From contig JBLNDL010000060.1 of assembly GCA_050261575.1 (NCBI GenBank), positions 1 through 40,289 of the forward strand: a DNA stretch of 40,289 bases, in the 5' to 3' direction. This stretch comes from Sphingomonadaceae bacterium. Lineage in GTDB: Bacteria > Chloroflexota > UBA6077. A program made the translations under genes and the position numbers. Shown one piece after another: positions 36,849-40,289 of the stretch; position 1 is the first letter of the stretch, and every line of letters starts with the position of its first letter. The notes under the pieces are model-generated. The model saw only the letters and a program-made list of their open reading frames with translations. It searched no databases and was not told where the DNA came from.

Positions 36849-37729
36849 AGCGAGCCCTCCGGCGGGACGGACTTGTAGGCCGGGGTAAAGCTCAGGGTGA
36901 TCTGAGAGTCGGTGGAGCTCCCTCCCATAGTCAGGTCCACCACGTTGATCCCGACGGCCAGGGGCCACAGGCGCGACGTCGCCGAGAGATGGTCGTAGGC
37001 GTTCGTGCCGTCCTGGTGCTTGACCGTCTTCACCCCGGGCCGGGTGTCTATGTAGAGATGCTCGCCAGCGGCGAGGGTGATCGTCAGGGAGAGGGAGTCG
37101 CCCGTGGTGAGGTTGGTCAGGGTGATATCGCTCCCTGGCCCCAGGAGGTCCCACACGGGCCAGGCCTCATGGTCCCCTGGGTTCTCGATCTGCATGTCGT
37201 CGACGAAGAGGGTCGACGGCGCGATATTGAGGGGGAGGAGCGGAAAGAACAGGGCCGCGTCGCCGATGGAGTAGGTCCGGACCAGAGGGTAGGTCGAGTA
37301 CCAGTGGGGGTCTACGGCCCGGAAGGAGACAAGGAACTTGGCCCAATCGCCGCCCCACAGCTCGCCGCCCTCTTCCCCCTCCAGTCCGGCAGCGTAGCGG
37401 CAGAATAGCTCCCGCTGCTCGCCGGAGGTTGACCGGACCCGAATCCGCCCCTCGCCCCGATCGGGGTCCATGGCGTAGACCAGGGCGCCAATCCGTCCGC
37501 GAAGGTCGTCGGGGTCCGTGCCCCTCACGAGGAGTGGAAGGTCCAGGTTCCGGGGCAGGATCTTGGTCTGGCGATATCTCGCCCCGGGGCGCCCGGGGAC
37601 CTCTTCCTCGATGAAGGAGACCGGGGGCGCAAAGGCGCCCTTTCGCCCGCGGAGAACCTGGCAATTGACACCGTCATTGAGCACCGTCTCGACGCCCGCG
37701 GGGTCGATCCAGGAGATCCTCTCGGCCAT
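36845..37729 (-). CDS. Distal tail protein (Dit)
   Basis: PGRPGARY..TKILPRNLDLPL, DPHWYS, NPGDHEAWPVW.L.GP, LWPLAVGIN. Confidence 0.82.
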   Translation of the reverse strand: MAERISWIDPAGVETVLNDGVNCQVLRGRKGAFAPPVSFIEEEVPGRPGARYRQTKILPRNLDLPLLVRGTDPDDLRGRIGALVYAMDPDRGEGRIRVRSTSGEQRELFCRYAAGLEGEEGGELWGGDWAKFLVSFRAVDPHWYSTYPLVRTYSIGDAALFFPLLPLNIAPSTLFVDDMQIENPGDHEAWPVWDLLGPGSDITLTNLTTGDSLSLTITLAAGEHLYIDTRPGVKTVKHQDGTNAYDHLSATSRLWPLAVGINVVDLTMGGSSTDSQITLSFTPAYKSVPPEGSL

Positions 37730-40171
37730 CTAACGGGCCCTCCCCATGTCTCGAAGTATCCGAGCCCGCTCGGCCTGGTAGTAGAGCTCCCGCTCCGTGA
37801 CCGCGGCCTCCCGCGCGATGACGTTGAACGTAAACGTGTCCCCGCTCGTGGGGGCGATTCCGCTCTCCTTTGAGGCCAGGGCCGGGACCAGGGACGGGAG
37901 ATCCCGCAGGGGGATGACGGCCTCGCCGCCGGCGACATCTCCGAAGACCCCCAGGGTCGGGGTGTAGACGACCCCGCCCTCGGCGAAGTTGGGGACCTCC
38001 GGCGAAACCGGCGGGCTCGGGATGTTGAAGGAGACACCATGCCGGCCGTCAATGACGATCCAGCCGAAGTCGACATGGATCGAGGCGATCGCGTTCTTGA
38101 TCCACTCGACGAGCTTGGCCCCCAGGTTCTTGAGACCCTCGCCGATGCCTAACAGGATCGCCCCTCCCATCTTGATCGCGAACTCGAACAGCTTGGGGAC
38201 TCCCTCGGTAACGATCCAGACGGTGATCGTCCCCAGGAGGCCGAAAAGGCGCGGGATGATATCGGCCGCCGCCTTGGCGACCCAGGCGATCGCCGCCGGG
38301 ACCCATTCGGAGAGGAAGTGGAAGGCCAGGACGGGGCCGTTCTCGGTGAGCCAGTCCATGACCGACCCGAGAAACGCCAGCAGGTTGGGGACGATCTTCT
38401 CTGCGGCGTCAAGGACCCAATCAAGCACCGCCGGCAGCCACTCGCCGAGGACGGTGTTGATGAGCCGCGGGGCGTTGTCGTAGATCCAGGTGAGCAACCC
38501 GGACAGCAAGGTCTCGGCGTTGACTAGGAGGGTCGGGATCGCCAGGACGATCCAGTCGACGAACTTGGTACCCCACTCCCCTAGCGTCGCGCCGAGCCTG
38601 GGAACGTTCGCCAGGATCCACTCGAGCATGGTCTCGTAGTAGGCCGCGAGACCCTTGATCGCATCTGGGATCATGGGACCGATCCAGGAGACGAAGGCGC
38701 CGGCCCAATCGGCGAGCCGCTGGATCAGAACGGGGGCCATCCCGACGATCCAGTTGAGGATCCCCATCCTGATCTCCTGGACCTTGCCGAGGATCCTCGG
38801 TACCGCCTCGCCGACCGTCATCGTGATGTTGTCAAACAGCCCGGCGAAGTAGTCGAGACCGATCTGGCGGGTCTCGGGATCGAACAGCAACTCGAAAGCC
38901 CGAACGAACCCCCCGATCGTCTTCTGAACCTCGAAGACCTTGCTGTCCAGGGTGGAGAGTGCCCCCTGGAACCCCTCGACGACCTTCTGGGCCTCGGAGA
39001 CCGTCTCCTGGAGGTCCTTGATGGGGCTCATCGCCTGGGTCAGGGGCGTCTCCATCGCCATGTCGGGTCCGATAGCGCCGGCGCCGCCGGATGCGGCCTT
39101 GCTGATCGAGTCGAGCTCCCGGGCCGTCGCAAGGACGTCCTCGATCGCCTTCTGGTAGCCCGAGACCGAGTCCTCGACCCGATCGTAGCGATCCCGCAGA
39201 TCCTCCAGGGAGGCCTTCTGCTGGTCGACGAGGACCCTCTGCCGGCTGGCGGCTTCCTCCGCAGCGGCCTGTTGCTGCCTGGCCGCTGCGAGGGCTGGGC
39301 TTATCCGTTCGATCTCCGCTCTGGCGGCCAGGGCGCCGACCTTCGCCTCCTCGAAGGTGATCTCCTTGCCCAGCTTACCGATCTTCTCCAACTCGCGCCG
39401 TTGAGGGCCGAGGGTGAGTTGTTCCTCGAGCTTGATCTTGTCGCCGGCGATCCGGACGGCGTCGAGTTGTTTCTCGATCTCCTCGATCGCCCGCTTGTTG
39501 GCCTCGATCGCGCCCTTGTCCGTCAGACCCTTGCCGGCCAGCTTGACCTCGGCGAGTTGGAGCTGCAGCCGGCGGGCAGCCTGCTCGTTCTCCCACAGGG
39601 CGTCCGCGAACTGTTGGGTTCCGGCGAGCTCAGCGCCGGTAAAGAACCTGAGGGACCTCTCGGCGGAGTCCAGTTGGTCCTCCAGGTCGGAGACCTCCTC
39701 CTTGCTCTTCCTGGCGGCCTCCTCCAGGATCTCGAGACCCTCCTCGGCGCTCTCAAGGGCCCGCGTGGCGTCCTCCAGCTCGGATCCCAACCCCTCGAGC
39801 TCAGCCTCCAGTTGGGCGACCTGGTCGCTCGCGGCCCTCCAGGCGGCGACTGCGCCTGGACCCACAGCGGCCAGGAGCCTCTCCGTCTCGGCCCGGGCGT
39901 GCTCTGTGACCCTCGCCGCGCCACCCGCCACGGCGTCCTCGAAGGCCCGAACGGCCGCCTCCGCGGAGGCAAGACCCGACCCGATCGCGGGCCCTAACCC
40001 CCCGTAGGCCCCGGCGATCGCCCCGACGCCGGCCTGGACCTGCTCCACGAGGCTCGGCGAATGGCGGGCGAAGGGATTGATCCACTGAAGAGCCTGATAG
40101 ATGGCCTGGCCGACGGTCTGGACGATCCGGACGACAGCCCCCAGGGCGGACCCGACCCCGGAGGCCAGCGA
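37730..40171 (-). CDS. Tape measure protein, C-terminal part (5' end interrupted or outside window)
   Basis: NPFARHSPS motif, long coiled coil, Trp-spaced amphipathic repeats, FAEGGVV..PT....GD..GGEAVIPL; directly upstream of Dit. Confidence 0.85.
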   Translation of the reverse strand, partial: SLASGVGSALGAVVRIVQTVGQAIYQALQWINPFARHSPSLVEQVQAGVGAIAGAYGGLGPAIGSGLASAEAAVRAFEDAVAGGAARVTEHARAETERLLAAVGPGAVAAWRAASDQVAQLEAELEGLGSELEDATRALESAEEGLEILEEAARKSKEEVSDLEDQLDSAERSLRFFTGAELAGTQQFADALWENEQAARRLQLQLAEVKLAGKGLTDKGAIEANKRAIEEIEKQLDAVRIAGDKIKLEEQLTLGPQRRELEKIGKLGKEITFEEAKVGALAARAEIERISPALAAARQQQAAAEEAASRQRVLVDQQKASLEDLRDRYDRVEDSVSGYQKAIEDVLATARELDSISKAASGGAGAIGPDMAMETPLTQAMSPIKDLQETVSEAQKVVEGFQGALSTLDSKVFEVQKTIGGFVRAFELLFDPETRQIGLDYFAGLFDNITMTVGEAVPRILGKVQEIRMGILNWIVGMAPVLIQRLADWAGAFVSWIGPMIPDAIKGLAAYYETMLEWILANVPRLGATLGEWGTKFVDWIVLAIPTLLVNAETLLSGLLTWIYDNAPRLINTVLGEWLPAVLDWVLDAAEKIVPNLLAFLGSVMDWLTENGPVLAFHFLSEWVPAAIAWVAKAAADIIPRLFGLLGTITVWIVTEGVPKLFEFAIKMGGAILLGIGEGLKNLGAKLVEWIKNAIASIHVDFGWIVIDGRHGVSFNIPSPPVSPEVPNFAEGGVVYTPTLGVFGDVAGGEAVIPLRDLPSLVPALASKESGIAPTSGDTFTFNVIAREAAVTERELYYQAERARILRDMGRAR

Positions 40172-40289
40172 CCCTAATCCGTGGATTCGGATAGGGGCAG
40201 GGCGTGGGGATGGTGAAATGAGGGGTCTGAAGACTGAGTCGCGGTGTGTGAGGGGGAGAGCAGGCGGAAAGCAACGGCGAAGGGGCAGG
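40172..40289. mobile_element. Probable IS end (IS1380-like) inserted in the tape measure gene
   Basis: Abrupt switch from TMP-like codons to non-coding-looking purine-skewed DNA beginning CCCTAATCCGTGGATT. Confidence 0.4.

Larger units (their letters stand above)
22326..40289. mobile_element. Siphovirus-like prophage integrated in tRNA-Leu (continues beyond window)
   Basis: att fragment, early operon of small ORFs, HTH, endolysin, tail fibre, Gp37-like, Dit and tape measure genes. Confidence 0.92.

Noticed and set aside
1..40289. CRISPR array or rRNA
   Set aside because: No regularly spaced 25-40 bp repeats or rRNA-like sequence noticed

Overview
High-GC bacterial chromosome segment, probably Chloroflexota (inferred from the endolysin N-terminal domain and protein styles, not proven). 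There are three zones. (1) 1-20.3 kb is host housekeeping: SDR, a fliK/flhB-like pair with a sigma28-type promoter, ybaK, two MFS transporters, a CorC/HlyC protein, pncB, an ABC exporter, a divergent pair of pepF paralogs, a K+-independent membrane pyrophosphatase preceded by an eroded second hppA copy, DUF378 and a MerR-HTH regulator. (2) About 20.3-22.3 kb is a small lower-GC islet with a translationally coupled HicA-HicB(+C-terminal tail)-SecB-like toxin-antitoxin-chaperone (TAC) operon and a possible decayed tyrosine integrase. (3) From a tRNA-Leu(TAA) 3' fragment (att site, 22270-22326) to the window end lies a siphovirus-like prophage. It carries a leftward early operon with an ADP-ribosylglycohydrolase, a divergent promoter pair with a leaderless HTH gene, an internally deleted IS481, an amidase endolysin coupled to a macrodomain gene, an opposite-strand GT-C-like membrane moron, a three-module tail fibre, Gp37-like and Dit tail genes, and a tape-measure gene apparently cut by another IS. 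The best candidates for new biology are the HicAB-SecB TAC at a tRNA hotspot and the prophage with two different ADP-ribose erasers. All calls come from motif recognition by eye; no searches were run.
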